This document shows, piece by piece, positions 62,311 through 64,000 of a stretch of DNA of 64,000 nt. Below the pieces are notes generated by a model that saw nothing but the letters and a program-made list of their open reading frames with translations, made no database searches and had not been told where the DNA came from. The position numbers and the translations under genes are program-made. The DNA comes from Mobula hypostoma (Eukaryota): NCBI RefSeq assembly GCF_963921235.1, contig NC_086119.1, forward strand, positions 24,242,001 to 24,306,000, written 5' to 3'. Within the stretch, counting starts at the first letter, position 1. Each line of letters opens with the position of its first letter.

Positions 62311-64000
62311 TTGCCCTTTTGTTCAAAGCTCAATTAAATTCCATAGCAAGGTAACATTTTGATCCTTATTTTGCAGGAGAGGGAATGGTAGTTTTGTTGA
62401 TTAGTGAGAGTATGTGGGAAATTGCTGCTTAATTCACATGTTGCTACCCTACTTGTCTCATCGGCTTCCCTGTGCAGCTCTACTAGTTTTACTGTTCATT
62501 AGTAAGGTTGGAATATCAGCTTGCTATAATCTATGTTGTATTGTGTATACACATGAAATTGCCAGTATATGGCACTTTATTTATTAGTGAAGGGAAAAGA
62601 GCATGAATATTTTTTTTCTTTTGCTTAATTGACACTGATACGCTTCTTTAGAAAATATTCCATTTTGACACCATTGTAATAAAACTCTATCATGAAAAAA
62701 AAAACTTTCTCTCTGGCTTCGGGGAAAAGAAGGAAGATTTTCACGACTTGAATAGTTAAAAGAGAGCCTTGTGTGGATACCAGGCCCAAAAGAGGATTCA
62801 AAGTCCACAAAAAGGCACAGCTTTAAGCCATCATGTCTGCACCTGGCTGCACTGTCAACGTGCAGGCTTCTGTCCCAATATGCAAAGCAGGGTCCAGAAC
62901 TGTCCCCGGCTTTTGCCTGGTAAACTTGATTTATTGTCAGTCTTTGGGGTGGGTGTCAAATGCTGTTCAACAGATGGGCCTTCTGGTGCCTGGGTGACAT
63001 ACTCATCTGCTGATTTGTGTGGCCACTAATTTTTTCAAATTTATTTTCCTTTTCCCCTATCCTGACTCATTTCTTCTGTTTATATCTTCATTCCACCCCC
63101 AGCCTTCGTCTGCAAACCAGGAGCAGCAGATCAAGCCCTGTTTTTGCATTCAACGAGGGATCAGATAAATGCGAGCCAGCTTGCTCTGATAAGGCCTTGC
63201 TCTGGGCATTGCCTCTTTCTGAAAGACGTTTACTATGCATAGAGTCAGGCTATCTGAGTTGCTGCACCTTGACATGAATTTATCTGCACCAGAGACGAGA
63301 GAATCCTGCAGAAATTATTGAAGTGGGATTTGATCTTGGGAGGCAACCGTGTCAATTTTCCACCATTTTTTTTCTAAAGGCTTCGGGGACTGCATTTATT
63401 TTGCACATTTTATATTAAAATTATTTGTGTGGGTTTATTCTGTAATCAGAATTTAAAAATAAAACTCTGAAATGACATACAAAGGTATAACCATAATTAA
63501 ACTGATTGCTTTAAGAGCAGAATGTCTAAGTATTTATCTTCTGAAAATCATACGACTTTAAAGCAATTTTTAACCCTTTTGCTCTCCAGGAACGATTATA
63601 AGGAAACTCAGTCAAGGCGCAAAGCTGTTTTGTGATTCTCTTTGCACTCTGTTCTCATTGAGGAAAGATAGACAATTTCTTTTTTTTAAGATTTTGTTAG
63701 AATTTTATAAGTGACATTTCTTGATGGTGTTCCTGTCTCATGTGCGCTTCTCACAATTTGAACATCTAATCTCAGTCAAGCTATTTGGAAACTGCAGATG
63801 AGATGCTTTGCGTAAGTCGGTGATGTGATGGGAACAACTACCTGTTTCTCCCTGCATCTGTGGTTGAGTCATACGGTTCGTAATTCCCATAATCAGATAC
63901 CGCAGCTGTATGGGGTGTAGGAAATGGGTTGTGGTTCCTAATGTACAGCCTCTTTAAAAAAAATCTGTTCATGGGATGTGGATATTACCAAAAAGACCAA

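Overview
This is vertebrate genomic DNA, most likely from a cartilaginous fish (ray or shark; inferred from the repeat families). The window holds a complete five-exon LHX1 (Lim1) gene on the minus strand (CDS 17966..8626, 410 aa, all GT-AG junctions traced). About 3 kb downstream, also on the minus strand, are the CpG promoter and first coding exon of AATF, matching the conserved LHX1-AATF arrangement. Roughly 5-30 kb is CpG-rich and nearly free of transposons. The rest is a gene desert with candidate enhancers and many retroposons: CR1, Rex1/Babar-like, RTE, Tx1-like, Penelope-like elements, V-SINEs and Tc1 derivatives. The most striking signal is three different self-cleaving ribozyme folds at the ends of short, TSD-bounded retroposons. 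(1) An HDV-like double pseudoknot with an unusual hairpin inserted in L3, whose G1 sits at the insertion boundary (59677). (2) A twister-like motif whose predicted cleavage site coincides with the 5' end of a ~280-bp RTE-tailed element (47757). (3) Minimal type-I hammerheads in Penelope-like terminal hairpins (42325, 62213). All folds were derived by eye and none has been tested computationally.
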